Counted from the first letter of the stretch, positions 28,526 to 38,495 are shown. The stretch is 64,000 nt of DNA from Clostridia bacterium (GCA_017396395.1 JAFQMF010000014.1:1884-65883), one strand, 5' to 3'. Made by a program: numbers and translations. The notes: generated by a model from the letters alone, not told the origin.

Positions 28526-29201
28526 ATGCTTTATAAATATATGTAATTGAGGGTCTGCCTCCTGTTGAATAATCAACCGAACTTACTATTTCTCCTTTTT
28601 CGCAAAGATAATTCATATATCGTCTGACAGTTACTCTTGAAAGACCTATATCATCCGAGATAACTTCGCTGGTAAGAGGTTTATTGGTGTTGCTTTGTAA
28701 ATAGCCACGCACCATTTCAAGAGTTTTTTCCTGAAGTCCTTTTTCCAAGGAGCTATCTGTTTCAGTATAGGAAGTAAGATATACAGAGTCAAGCTCCTTT
28801 TGAGTAAGCCGTGTATCTTTATCCACCAGCTGTCTTGATTTTATAAACTTATCCAGAGCCATCATAAATCTTGCTTTTTCGAAGGGTTTTACAAGATAAT
28901 CAGTTATTCCGAAAGCCATAAGCTTTTTGAAGTGCTCAGGCTCATTTACTGCAGTTACCAATATAACTCCGCAACTATATCCGTTCCCGCGAAGTTCACA
29001 CAAAAATATATCACCGCTCATAACTGGCATAAAAACATCCAGTACTATTAAATCTACAGGGTTCCCTTTTTTTAAAAATTCAAGAGCATCTCTGCCGTTT
29101 TCAAAGACCCCTGAAATATGAAAAGCCTTGTTTTCTTCAATATAGGTGCGGTTAAGCATCCTTACCATAGGGTCATCTTCCACAATAATAACATTATACA
29201 T
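28524..29201 (-). CDS. CitB/DctR/MalR-family response regulator
   Basis: VEDDPMV, LDVFMP, TA and DYLVKPF receiver motifs; C-terminal GLSRVTVRRYM and GRP. Confidence 0.9.
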   Translation of the reverse strand: MYNVIIVEDDPMVRMLNRTYIEENKAFHISGVFENGRDALEFLKKGNPVDLIVLDVFMPVMSGDIFLCELRGNGYSCGVILVTAVNEPEHFKKLMAFGITDYLVKPFEKARFMMALDKFIKSRQLVDKDTRLTQKELDSVYLTSYTETDSSLEKGLQEKTLEMVRGYLQSNTNKPLTSEVISDDIGLSRVTVRRYMNYLCEKGEIVSSVDYSTGGRPSITYIYKA

Positions 29202-29453
29202 ATTAAAACATCTCCTGAAAAAAGAAAGATTTCCTATATTCTACCACAAATTTTGCATAATATCAACATTTTCCCTCTTGTTTTTTGTATTACAAAAATG
29301 TTACAAAAAATTGTATATTTTTCACAAAGATAAAAAAAGTAATCAAAACAACTTTACTTTTATTTATTGTTATGATAAAATTATTAAGGATGGACAAAAT
29401 TTGCTAAAAACTGCAAAAATCCGTCTGAATAACAAATTTACGGAGGAATAGGT

Positions 29454-30812
29454 ATGAAATTAATTTACAACATTAAAGACAAACCACCTTTTGGTCAGCT
29501 GATTGTATTTGCAATTCAGCAGCTTCTTGCTATTATGACAGCAACTCTTGTTGTTCCTGTTATTATAGGAAATGGTATGAGTCCGTCAGCAGCACTTTTT
29601 GGTGCAGGCTTAGGTACACTTGTTTATGTTCTTTTTACAAAGGCAAGCAGTCCTGTTTTTTTAGGTAGCTCTTTTGCTTTTATTAACTCAATGTTTGTTG
29701 CTTTTGCAGGCGGCGTTTCGATGAGTCTTGGATATTTAGGACTTATCATAGGTGCGATATTTGCAGGTCTTGTATATGTAGTTATAGCTTTAATTGTTAA
29801 ACTTGTTGGAGTAGGCTGGATAAATAAGCTTATGCCTGCAGTTGTTATCGGTCCTACAGTTTCAATTATAGGTCTTTCTCTTGCAGGAAATGCAGTAGGT
29901 GATATTTTAAAAGGTAATTTAACAAGCGAAGCAGGTCAGCTTGCTTCTCCTTTTGCTTGTCTTCTCTGTGGTGTTATTACCCTTATTGTAGTTGCTCTTT
30001 GCTCTACATTTGGTAAGAAAACAGTAAGAATGATACCATTTATTATTGGTATTTTAGCAGGTTATGCAGTGGCTGCTGTTATGACAGCGATTGGATACGC
30101 TGTAGATTATGACGCTATTAAAATTCTTAATATTGCTCCCATTACAGACCTTGTAAAAGATGGTGTAACTTTAAGCACATTTGTTACCATGCCTGATTTT
30201 ACATTTCTTACAGCTTGGAAGGGTGTGGGCGAACTTAACGCTACATATATAGGCACAATTGCAGTAGCTTATATTCCTGTTGCCTTTGTTGTATTTGCAG
30301 AGCATATTGCAGACCACAAGAATATTTCAAGTATTATTGAAAACGACCTTCTTGAACAGCCTGGTCTTTCCAGAACACTTCTTGGTGACGGTGTAGGCTC
30401 AATGGTAGGTGCTTTCTTTGGAGGATGTCCCAATACTACATACGGTGAGTCTGTAGGTTGCGTTGCAATTAGTGCCTGTGCATCTGTTTATACTGTTATT
30501 GCTGCAGCAGTGCTTGCACTTTTGGTAGCTTTTATTTCACCATTTGTTGCTTTTGTAAATACTATTCCTTCTTGTGTAATGGGTGGTGTATGTATGACAC
30601 TTTACGGATTTATTGCAGTAAGCGGTCTTAAAATGATTCAGGCTGTAGATTTAAACGAAAACAAAAATCTTTTTGTTGTTTCCACAATCCTTATAGCAGG
30701 TATCGGCGGACTTAGTCTTACATTTGGCAAGGTAAATCTTACATCAATTGCTTGTGCTCTTATTCTTGGTATTGTAATTAATCTTATATTAAAGGACAAA
30801 AAAGCACAGTAA
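29454..30812 (+). CDS. NCS2-family uracil/xanthine permease (UraA/PyrP-like)
   Basis: FLGSSFAF, AEHIADH, LLGDG and PNTTYGE motifs; many TM helices. Confidence 0.9.
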   Translation: MKLIYNIKDKPPFGQLIVFAIQQLLAIMTATLVVPVIIGNGMSPSAALFGAGLGTLVYVLFTKASSPVFLGSSFAFINSMFVAFAGGVSMSLGYLGLIIGAIFAGLVYVVIALIVKLVGVGWINKLMPAVVIGPTVSIIGLSLAGNAVGDILKGNLTSEAGQLASPFACLLCGVITLIVVALCSTFGKKTVRMIPFIIGILAGYAVAAVMTAIGYAVDYDAIKILNIAPITDLVKDGVTLSTFVTMPDFTFLTAWKGVGELNATYIGTIAVAYIPVAFVVFAEHIADHKNISSIIENDLLEQPGLSRTLLGDGVGSMVGAFFGGCPNTTYGESVGCVAISACASVYTVIAAAVLALLVAFISPFVAFVNTIPSCVMGGVCMTLYGFIAVSGLKMIQAVDLNENKNLFVVSTILIAGIGGLSLTFGKVNLTSIACALILGIVINLILKDKKAQ

Positions 30813-30827
30813 CATTAAATAATCCAT

Positions 30828-30860
30828 AAAAAACTCCCTATTTTTATAGGGAGTTTTTTT
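30828..30860 (+). terminator. Intrinsic terminator
   Basis: AAAAAACTCCCTA...TAGGGAGTTTTTTT. Confidence 0.85.
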
Positions 30861-30880
30861 TGTTGGAAATTGCAAGATGA

Positions 30881-30909
30881 TTGACATTTTTGTAAAAGAA
30901 CTGTATAAT
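30881..30909 (+). promoter_or_regulatory. sigma-A promoter
   Basis: TTGACA-17 bp-TATAAT. Confidence 0.75.
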
Positions 30910-30957
30910 ATTTATAAGGAGTAAATTCCTAATTTAAAAAAACGGAGGATTATAGAA

Positions 30958-31440
30958 ATGAAAGTATGTAGTAAATGTCAGGCAAATCTTCCTGATGATG
31001 CAAAATTCTGCACCGCATGCGGGACGCAGTTTGAAACAGTAAATTCCCAAGGATATGTTCCGCCTCAGGGTTATTATAATGCATATTATGCTGACCCTAC
31101 AGACCATACAGCGGAATTTGATAAAAAAGATATTTCAGACAATAAGGTTATTGCAATGCTGGTTTATTTAATGGGATGGATTGGAATTATAATTGCACTT
31201 ATTGCATCTGGCAATTCCCCATATACATCCTTCCATGTTCGTCAGGCACTTAAATTTGCAGTAGTTGAAGCACTTCTTGGAATTATATCAATATTATTAT
31301 TCTGGACATTTATTGTTCCTGTTGCTGCTGGTATATGTTATATAATTTTATTTGTATTAAAGATTATTTGCTTCTTCCAGATTTGTAACGGAAAAGCAAA
31401 AGAGCCTGTAATTATCAGTTCACTTGGTTTTTTGAAATAA
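30958..31440 (+). CDS. Zinc-ribbon plus DUF4870-like membrane protein
   Basis: CSKC...FCTACG, then AMLVYL, FHVRQAL and three hydrophobic segments. Confidence 0.75.
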   Translation: MKVCSKCQANLPDDAKFCTACGTQFETVNSQGYVPPQGYYNAYYADPTDHTAEFDKKDISDNKVIAMLVYLMGWIGIIIALIASGNSPYTSFHVRQALKFAVVEALLGIISILLFWTFIVPVAAGICYIILFVLKIICFFQICNGKAKEPVIISSLGFLK

Positions 31441-31461
31441 TATCAGAATAGGAGAAGGAGT

Positions 31462-32454
31462 ATGTTTTGTAGAAAATGCGGTAAAGAAAATTCTGATGAA
31501 GCAAAATTCTGTGCAGACTGCGGGGAAAAACTTGTAACAGAAATTGTTGAAAAAACAAAAGAAAGTGGAGAACAGGCAGAAGCACCTGTAGAGGAAGCTG
31601 CAGCAGAAACAGTTACAGAAGATATTTCCAAGCCTGTTTACACTCAGCCTACAGAGGCAACAGGGCCTGTGGCAATACTTAAGAAGATAGGATCATCGTC
31701 CCTGTTTTTAACTATGACTATTTTAAATACTGTAATTGTTTTTTTAAGTGTTTTTGCAAGCAATTCAGGTATAAGACAGTTATATCATAATTTATTAAAA
31801 GCTCTTTATACTATGGGCGTGGATAATGAGGTTGTTTACAGATTTGAGCGGTCACTTTACTCAATAGGGCCTGCTACATTTATGTATTCGCTGTTTTTAT
31901 CTGTTTTCGCTATTTTGGTTTGCATTGGTCTTTGGATATGTTATGTGACTGCAAAGAATAAGGCTCCCATATTCAAAACAGGCGGACTTACACTTTTAAA
32001 AGTTGTACAGATAATTTCACTGGTATCGTGTTGCCTTTTAATGTTATTAGTTATAGTTATATTTGCAATTACAGCAATTGTACTTTCCTCAACTGTTGCG
32101 TATTATGGAAGTGATATGGTAACAGTATGGATTGCTTTGGCTGTTACAGCCTTTATCACATTGATTTTAATGTTGATTGATGTTATATTTTTTGCTAAAA
32201 TAGTTACTTCATTATCGAGTGCAATTAAAACAGCAAGAACTAATAAAGTTGTTGGAAATGCTTCTGCATTTGTAGGTATTTTTCTCTTTATTTCAGCATT
32301 CTTTGAGGCATTTAAAGCATTATTCACATTGATTACACCCGCATTAGGAATTCGGGCAATTATTAATTGTGCATTTGAAGTAATTGCAGGTATAGTAATT
32401 TTCAAGTACAGAAAAGAAATAAAAATGTTTAAGACTAAAAATAAGATTGATTAA
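31462..32454 (+). CDS. Zinc-ribbon domain membrane protein
   Basis: MFCRKCG...AKFCADCG, an acidic linker and about 6 TM segments. Confidence 0.75.
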   Translation: MFCRKCGKENSDEAKFCADCGEKLVTEIVEKTKESGEQAEAPVEEAAAETVTEDISKPVYTQPTEATGPVAILKKIGSSSLFLTMTILNTVIVFLSVFASNSGIRQLYHNLLKALYTMGVDNEVVYRFERSLYSIGPATFMYSLFLSVFAILVCIGLWICYVTAKNKAPIFKTGGLTLLKVVQIISLVSCCLLMLLVIVIFAITAIVLSSTVAYYGSDMVTVWIALAVTAFITLILMLIDVIFFAKIVTSLSSAIKTARTNKVVGNASAFVGIFLFISAFFEAFKALFTLITPALGIRAIINCAFEVIAGIVIFKYRKEIKMFKTKNKID

Positions 32455-32460
32455 TTAAAT

Positions 32461-32495
32461 AAAAAACTGGGAATCACAGGATTCCCAGTTTTTTT
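32461..32495. terminator. Bidirectional terminator
   Basis: AAAAAACTGGGAATC...GATTCCCAGTTTTTT. Confidence 0.85.
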
Positions 32496-33441
32496 ATATC
32501 CCATTTTCAAACCAAACATTTTTTATGCAAAAGGTTTTATTTTTAAGATATTCCAAATTTCCGCTGTTTTCTTTAAAGGCAAACTTTAGTTTGTATGAGC
32601 AAAGTAGCTGATAAGACTGATTTACCTTTTTATTAAAAGAATAATCGCCGTATTTTCCATCACCTAAAAGCGGGTGGCCGATATGCGCAAAATGTGCTCT
32701 TATCTGGTGAGTTCTGCCGGTGCCAAGATGTACTTCTAAAAGGGAATATTCCTTAAATTCCTTTAAAACCTTGTAGTGAGTAATAATAGTTTTGCCGTCC
32801 TTGCAAGGTTTTTTTGATACTGTAACCTGTTTTTTATTTTCGTCCTTTACAAGGTATCCTGTGAGAGTTCCTTCTTTGTGACTTAAATGTCCCATAACAA
32901 GGCATTTGTAGTATTTTTCAATTTCTCTTGCTTTTATTTTTTCATTTATAATACGAAGTGTTTCTGCATTTTTAGCAGCAATTACAATTCCTGATGTATT
33001 TCTGTCGATACGGTTGCAAAGAGAAGGCACAAAGGAATTTTCATTTTTAGGGTCATACTCTTTTTTGTCGTATAAGTATTTTAAAATCCTAAAAATGAGG
33101 GTATCAGTACTTCCTCTGTCGTCCTCGTGTACCACAAGACCTGTCGGCTTGTCTATAAGAAGTATATTTTCATCCTCATATACAATATTAAGAGTACTCT
33201 TTGATGATAAAAAGCTAAGACTATCCTCTTTTTTTTCAAAGAATTCGTCATTTATATACAGGGAAATAAGGTCATTTTCTATAAGTCTGTAGGAAAGCTC
33301 GCTTTTTTTGCCATTAACTTTAATTCTCTTTAAACGAATATATTTATATAGGAGAGATTGAGGAAGCAGGGGACAAGCCTTAGTAAGAAATTTATCAAGA
33401 CGTTGTCCGCTGTCATTTTTAGTTATAGTAAATTCTCTCAT
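32494..33441 (-). CDS. RluA-family pseudouridine synthase with S4 domain (RluC/RluD-like)
   Basis: QRLDKFL, KPTGLVVH, NRIDRNTSG and GRTHQIRAH motifs. Confidence 0.92.
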   Translation of the reverse strand: MREFTITKNDSGQRLDKFLTKACPLLPQSLLYKYIRLKRIKVNGKKSELSYRLIENDLISLYINDEFFEKKEDSLSFLSSKSTLNIVYEDENILLIDKPTGLVVHEDDRGSTDTLIFRILKYLYDKKEYDPKNENSFVPSLCNRIDRNTSGIVIAAKNAETLRIINEKIKAREIEKYYKCLVMGHLSHKEGTLTGYLVKDENKKQVTVSKKPCKDGKTIITHYKVLKEFKEYSLLEVHLGTGRTHQIRAHFAHIGHPLLGDGKYGDYSFNKKVNQSYQLLCSYKLKFAFKENSGNLEYLKNKTFCIKNVWFENGI

Positions 33442-33447
33442 AATAAT

Positions 33448-35280
33448 TTAATCCTTTTTGTTTTTAAAATACAGGTAGATTGTATCTGCCAGGTTTTTGC
33501 TAATACCTTTTACCTTTGAAATCTCGTCTGCTGAGGCATTTTCAATAGCCTTAATACTTTTAAAATGCTTAATTAAGTTTACCCTTCTCCCGCTGCCGAC
33601 TCCTGGGATATCCTCCAGTACAGAATGTACCATAGATTTGCTTCGGAGCTTTCTGTGGTAGCCGATAGCGATGCGGTGAACCTCCTCCTGAATCATACTA
33701 ATTAAACGGAAGGCTTCATCAGATACAGGAATTATTTCACCATCAATGCTGACCAGTGCTCTTGTTTTGTGATGGGAATCCTTTACCATTCCGTAAACAG
33801 GCACGTTTGCTCCTGCTTTTTTTACTACAGAGGCTATTACGCTTGCCTGAGCAATTCCGCCGTCTGCTAAAATCAGCTGAGGAATTTTTGAAAAACTACC
33901 TTTTTTATCATTTAAGTGGCTAAGTCTTCTTGTTAAAATTTCCTGAAGAGAGCCGTAATCATTTACACCTTCAATGGTCTTTATACGAAAATGACGATAT
34001 TCTGACTTTGCCAGTTCGCCCTCCTGAAATACCGCCATACTGCCTACAGAGTTCTCGCCTCCTGTGGTGGATATATCGTATGCTTCAATTCGGGAAACAG
34101 ATGAAAGTCCTATAGCATTTGCCAGTTGATTTGCCGCAATAATATTCCGTGCTTTATCCTGACCTGCACTTTTATTATAGTCGTAAATAGCCTTTTTACC
34201 ATTTTTAATTGCCATATCCATTGTTTCTCTGCCGGTGCCACGCATAGGAACTTTTATTTCCACCTTACAGCCTTTTTTTTCAGTCAGCCATTTTTCAATA
34301 TCCTGCACATTTTCAGGCAATATGTTTATATGAATTTCTTTTGGTATAAACTCACAGGTGGCATAAAACTGAGCCATAAAGTTTGCAGAAATGTCCCTTT
34401 CCTGTTCATAGCTTACCCCCTCAATCCACAGCTCTTCACGCCCTTGTAATTTACCTTTTCTGAAGGAAAAAACCTGAGCATTTGCAATTCTGGGACCTGA
34501 CACAATAGCAATAATATCTTTATCGCCGCTTCCTACAGAAACAATTTTTTGCTTTTCAAAAATACCTTTTAAATTGGCTATTTTATCTCTTATTTCCGCT
34601 GCCGCCTCAAAAAGCATATTTTCAGACAGAGCATACATCTGTTCCTCTAATTTGCTTATTAAAGTATCCTGCCTTCCCTCTAAAAAGTCAATAATTTCCT
34701 GAGTAATTTCTTTGTATTTTTCTTGAGATATTTTGCCCCCGCAAGGTGCAAGACACAGACCGATATAATGGTTTAAACATGGTCTGCCTTTTCCTATATC
34801 TCTTGGAAAAACTCTGTTGCAGGTACGAAGCTTAAAGGTTTTTCTTAAAATATCCAATGTATCTCTCACAATACCACCTGAAAAAGGACCAAAATATTTA
34901 CTGCCGTTTTTTTCAATTTTTCTTGCAAGTACAAGTCGAGGATAGGGGTCTTCCAAAGTAAGCCTGATATATGGATATGCCTTGCTGTCCTTTAAAAGAA
35001 TGTTGTAATAGGGCTTGTGTTTTTTTATTAAGTTACATTCCAGCACAAGAGCTTCCCATTCTGTATCAGTAATAATATACTCGAAATCATAAATTGCTGA
35101 TACCATACTGATTACTTTTGGAGTATGAGAGGAGTTTTTTGTGAAATACTGGCGAACTCTGTTTTTCAAACATTTAGATTTTCCCACATATATAATATTT
35201 CCGCCATTATCCTTCATAATATAAACGCCAGGTGACTCAGGCAAAGTTTTTAATTTTTCCTGCAAATTCACAAAAATCAC
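33448..35280 (-). CDS. uvrC: Excinuclease ABC subunit C
   Basis: GIY-YIG domain (PGVY..YVGK), UVR domain, RIEAYDIS, DGG and C-terminal HhH motifs. Confidence 0.96.
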   Translation of the reverse strand: MIFVNLQEKLKTLPESPGVYIMKDNGGNIIYVGKSKCLKNRVRQYFTKNSSHTPKVISMVSAIYDFEYIITDTEWEALVLECNLIKKHKPYYNILLKDSKAYPYIRLTLEDPYPRLVLARKIEKNGSKYFGPFSGGIVRDTLDILRKTFKLRTCNRVFPRDIGKGRPCLNHYIGLCLAPCGGKISQEKYKEITQEIIDFLEGRQDTLISKLEEQMYALSENMLFEAAAEIRDKIANLKGIFEKQKIVSVGSGDKDIIAIVSGPRIANAQVFSFRKGKLQGREELWIEGVSYEQERDISANFMAQFYATCEFIPKEIHINILPENVQDIEKWLTEKKGCKVEIKVPMRGTGRETMDMAIKNGKKAIYDYNKSAGQDKARNIIAANQLANAIGLSSVSRIEAYDISTTGGENSVGSMAVFQEGELAKSEYRHFRIKTIEGVNDYGSLQEILTRRLSHLNDKKGSFSKIPQLILADGGIAQASVIASVVKKAGANVPVYGMVKDSHHKTRALVSIDGEIIPVSDEAFRLISMIQEEVHRIAIGYHRKLRSKSMVHSVLEDIPGVGSGRRVNLIKHFKSIKAIENASADEISKVKGISKNLADTIYLYFKNKKD

Positions 35281-35366
35281 CTCCTAATTGTGAAAAAAAG
35301 GATATATTTACAAAGGTCTTCCCTATATAAATATATCCCCAAATTTATAGATAATTACTTTATAGA

Positions 35367-35639
35367 TTATTCAACAAAATCAGACTCTACAAGAGCAACA
35401 AGAGCATTAACTGCATCTTCCTCATCAGAGCCGCTTGCAATAATATTAATTGAACTACCTTGCATAATACCTAATGAAAGAACACCAAGTAAACTTTTTG
35501 CATTTACTTTTCTGGAATCGGTTTCTACCCAAATTGAACAGTCAAACTGATTTGCTTTTTGAATAAAAAAGGTTGCGGGACGAGCATGTAATCCCTCTTC
35601 ACGCTTTATTGTAACTTGGCTTGAATACATAATTTTCAC
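35367..35639 (-). CDS. ptsH: Phosphocarrier protein HPr
   Basis: GLHARPA (His15 motif) and NAKSLLGVLSL (Ser46 motif); the start may be ATG 35630. Confidence 0.9.
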   Translation of the reverse strand: MKIMYSSQVTIKREEGLHARPATFFIQKANQFDCSIWVETDSRKVNAKSLLGVLSLGIMQGSSINIIASGSDEEDAVNALVALVESDFVE

Positions 35640-35677
35640 TCCTTAGAAATAACCAACATTATAACTATTATAGTACA

Positions 35678-35706
35678 ATTATATAATTGTTTTCGAAAAT
35701 TGTCAA
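35678..35706 (-). promoter_or_regulatory. sigma-A promoter of ptsH
   Basis: Minus strand TTGACA-17 bp-TATAAT. Confidence 0.75.
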
Positions 35707-35788
35707 GAAGGTTGCAAAATTTTCTCACTTACACATAACTAAAGGGTAATTTATACTATAAAATGTATGAATAATGCACAATAAATTT

Positions 35789-36274
35789 TTACTTTTTGAA
35801 GAAAAAAAGCACCAATTTTTCAAAAGGTCTTTTTAATCTGATTTGTATAATTTCCTTAGGATGAATTTTTTCAACTAATACGGAATAAAGACCTATTCGA
35901 TTTGCTCCGTAAATATCCGTAAAAAGCTGGTCGCCTACCATAACCCCTTCCTCAACCGTTATTCCCATTTTTTTAAGGCAGGTATTATATGCCTCGCTTT
36001 TTGGTTTATGAGCTTTAAAATGATAGGGAAGATTAAGCTCAGTTGCAACAGGCTTAACTCTTGCTTCTCCGTTATTGGACATAAGGCAAATTTTAAAACC
36101 AATATTTAAAGCCTCTTCAATAAATTTTTTTGAAGCCTCTTCTATATAAAACTGTTCATCTTTGCAAAGAGTATTGTCAATATCAGATATAATACCCCTT
36201 TTTCCCTCATTCCATAACTTTTTTAAATCAATATGTGAAACAGATGGTAAATATTCTTTTGGAAATAGTTTCAT
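35789..36274 (-). CDS. yqeG: YqeG-family HAD IIIA phosphatase
   Basis: DIDNTL, SNN, AHKP and VGDQLFTDIYGANR motifs. Confidence 0.88.
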   Translation of the reverse strand: MKLFPKEYLPSVSHIDLKKLWNEGKRGIISDIDNTLCKDEQFYIEEASKKFIEEALNIGFKICLMSNNGEARVKPVATELNLPYHFKAHKPKSEAYNTCLKKMGITVEEGVMVGDQLFTDIYGANRIGLYSVLVEKIHPKEIIQIRLKRPFEKLVLFFFKK

Positions 36275-36344
36275 TATTTTATTTCTCCTGTTTTTGATAT
36301 TAATATTTTACATCATATTAAGGGAAAAAGCAAGTAAAAGTTAG

Positions 36345-36373
36345 TTGCAAAAAGATAAGGAATATGATATAAT
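36345..36373 (+). promoter_or_regulatory. sigma-A promoter upstream of the palindromic element and radical SAM operon
   Basis: TTGCAA-17 bp-TGnTATAAT. Confidence 0.7.
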
Positions 36374-36575
36374 GAGTTTAATCGTGAAACGATTAAACTC
36401 AGCGATATAAATTCCTGACGGAATTTGCGATATGTACTTCGTACGCGATATATCTTCGATGTGATATGTCCCTTCGGGACGAGATTAAGGAATTTATATC
36501 ATATCGCTTTGCTTGCAAAATATCGCAATCGAACTTTCGTGAGATTATATCGCACGAACGAAGTGAGTATATCGC
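36373..36575. repeat. Nested palindromic repeat element (REP/MITE-like or structured leader)
   Basis: 13-bp hairpin at 36373-36401; G(C/T)GATAT at 36402, 36427, 36445 and 36461, each followed by a mini-hairpin; ATATCGC at 36501, 36520, 36547 and 36569. Confidence 0.8.
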
Positions 36576-36641
36576 CAAAATTGGTGTCATCTAAATTGTT
36601 CGCTGATGTTACAATATATAGACTGTGTAAGGAGATAAAAT

Positions 36642-38495
36642 ATGAATGAATATATGACAAAAAAGCTGGACAGCGTGCTTCCTCTTGTGCAAAAGCCTGC
36701 AAGATATATAGGGGGAGAGCTTAACAGCATTATAAAGAATGCAGATAAAATTACCTCAAGATTTGCATTTTGTTTTCCTGATGTTTATGAGGTGGGTATG
36801 TCCCATCTTGGAATGAAAATTCTGTATCATCAGCTTAATCGCAGAGAGGATACATGGGTGGAGAGAGTATTTACTCCCTGGGACGACATGGAAATGCAGA
36901 TGAAAGAGAATAACATACCCTTATATGGTCTTGAAAGCAGGGACCCTTTAAAGGAATTTGATTTTGTGGGATTTACCCTTCAGTATGAGCTTTCATATTC
37001 TAATATTTTAAATATGCTTAAAATGGCGGATATTCCTATTTATTCCAAAGACAGAGGGGAAAATGACCCTCTTATTTGTGCAGGAGGCCCTTGTGCGTAT
37101 AATGGCGAACCTATTGCAGATTTTATTGACTTTTTCCTTCTGGGTGAAGGGGAAGAAATCTGGGAAGAGGTTCTTGATGCTTATGCACTTCACAAAAAAA
37201 ACGGTGGCAGTAAAAAGGATTTTCTTTTGAAAATTGCAAGGGAAATACAGGGAATTTATGTGCCAAGTTTTTATGATGTAAGCTATAATAACGATGGAAC
37301 AGTTAAAGAAATATCAATTAACACAGAGGGTGTACCTGAAAAAATCCGCAAGAGAATTATTGTTGATATGGACAAGGTATATTATCCCGATGCTTTTGTA
37401 GTACCTTTTATGGATATTGTCCATAATAGGGTTATGCTGGAAATTTTTCGTGGATGCATAAGAGGATGCCGTTTTTGTCAGGCGGGTATGATTTACCGCC
37501 CTGTGAGAGAAAAAAGTGCAGAAAATCTTTGTTTAGCAGGGGAAAATTTAATTTCCTCTACAGGCTATGAAGAAATGTCACTATCCTCTCTTAGCACCAG
37601 CGATTATACCCAGTTTGAAAAACTGGCAAACGGACTTATTGATATGGCAGAAAAGAAAAAGGTAAGCTTGTCCCTTCCTTCTCTCAGAATTGATAATATG
37701 TCCCTTGATATACTTAAAAAGGTGCAGACAGTACGAAAAAGCGGACTTACCTTTGCTCCTGAGGCGGGAACGCAAAGACTTCGCGATGTACTGAATAAGG
37801 GAGTTACTCAGGAAGATATTTTGCGTAGTGCAAATATGGTTTTTTGTGAGGGTTGGTCTAATGTTAAATTGTATTTTATGATGGGACTTCCTACTGAAAC
37901 CGACGAAGATATTGTGGGTATTGCAAGAACAGGGTATAGCGTGCTGGACTGCTTTAAAAAGTGCGATTCTCCTAAAAAAGCAAACAGAATAAATATAACT
38001 GTAAGTGTTTCCTCATTTGTTCCAAAGCCATTTACACCTTTCCAGTGGGAAGCACAAAATCCTATGGAAGAGCTTGTGAGAAAACAACAGCTTTTAAAGG
38101 ATACAATAAAAACAAGAGCCATTACCTATAATTATCATATGTCCAAAGTAAGCTGTCTTGAAGGTGTGTTTGCAAGAGGGGACAGACGGCTTTCGAAAGT
38201 TATTGAGCTTGCTTGCGAAAAGGGCTGTAAGTTTGACGGCTGGGACGAATTTTTTAAATATGATGCGTGGATGGAAGCGTTCTGCGAGGCAGGGCTTGAG
38301 CCTGAGTTTTATTCCCGGAGAAAAAGGGAGTTTTCTGAAGTTCTTCCTTGGGATATGGTAGATATTGGAGTTACAAAAGCCTTTTTACAAAGAGAATGTG
38401 AAAAAGCATATCGTGGAGAAACTACTCCCAACTGTCGTGAAAAATGTAGCGGTTGTGGTGCAAAATCCTTTGGAGGAGGTGTTTGCTATGAGTAA
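36642..38495 (+). CDS. TIGR03960-like B12-binding radical SAM protein
   Basis: KPARYIGGE, FPDVYEVGMSHLG, RGCIRGCRFCQAG (CxxxCxxC) and TFAPEAGT motifs; C-terminal C...C..CG. Confidence 0.88.
   Translation: MNEYMTKKLDSVLPLVQKPARYIGGELNSIIKNADKITSRFAFCFPDVYEVGMSHLGMKILYHQLNRREDTWVERVFTPWDDMEMQMKENNIPLYGLESRDPLKEFDFVGFTLQYELSYSNILNMLKMADIPIYSKDRGENDPLICAGGPCAYNGEPIADFIDFFLLGEGEEIWEEVLDAYALHKKNGGSKKDFLLKIAREIQGIYVPSFYDVSYNNDGTVKEISINTEGVPEKIRKRIIVDMDKVYYPDAFVVPFMDIVHNRVMLEIFRGCIRGCRFCQAGMIYRPVREKSAENLCLAGENLISSTGYEEMSLSSLSTSDYTQFEKLANGLIDMAEKKKVSLSLPSLRIDNMSLDILKKVQTVRKSGLTFAPEAGTQRLRDVLNKGVTQEDILRSANMVFCEGWSNVKLYFMMGLPTETDEDIVGIARTGYSVLDCFKKCDSPKKANRINITVSVSSFVPKPFTPFQWEAQNPMEELVRKQQLLKDTIKTRAITYNYHMSKVSCLEGVFARGDRRLSKVIELACEKGCKFDGWDEFFKYDAWMEAFCEAGLEPEFYSRRKREFSEVLPWDMVDIGVTKAFLQRECEKAYRGETTPNCREKCSGCGAKSFGGGVCYE

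Noticed and set aside
35367-35639. HPr as the cognate substrate of the kinase at 1010-1705
   Set aside because: The genes are 34 kb apart, the kinase lacks the HprK N-terminal domain, and it is embedded in the PqqD cassette.
36402-36575. CRISPR array
   Set aside because: Repeats are only 7 bp, switch orientation midway and have 9-20 bp spacers, several of them self-complementary; there are no cas genes.
36399-36702. Three short overlapping ORFs (63-74 aa) in the ORF track
   Set aside because: They span the palindromic element on both strands, and I see no convincing RBS or recognisable motifs; they are probably by-products of the repeat.
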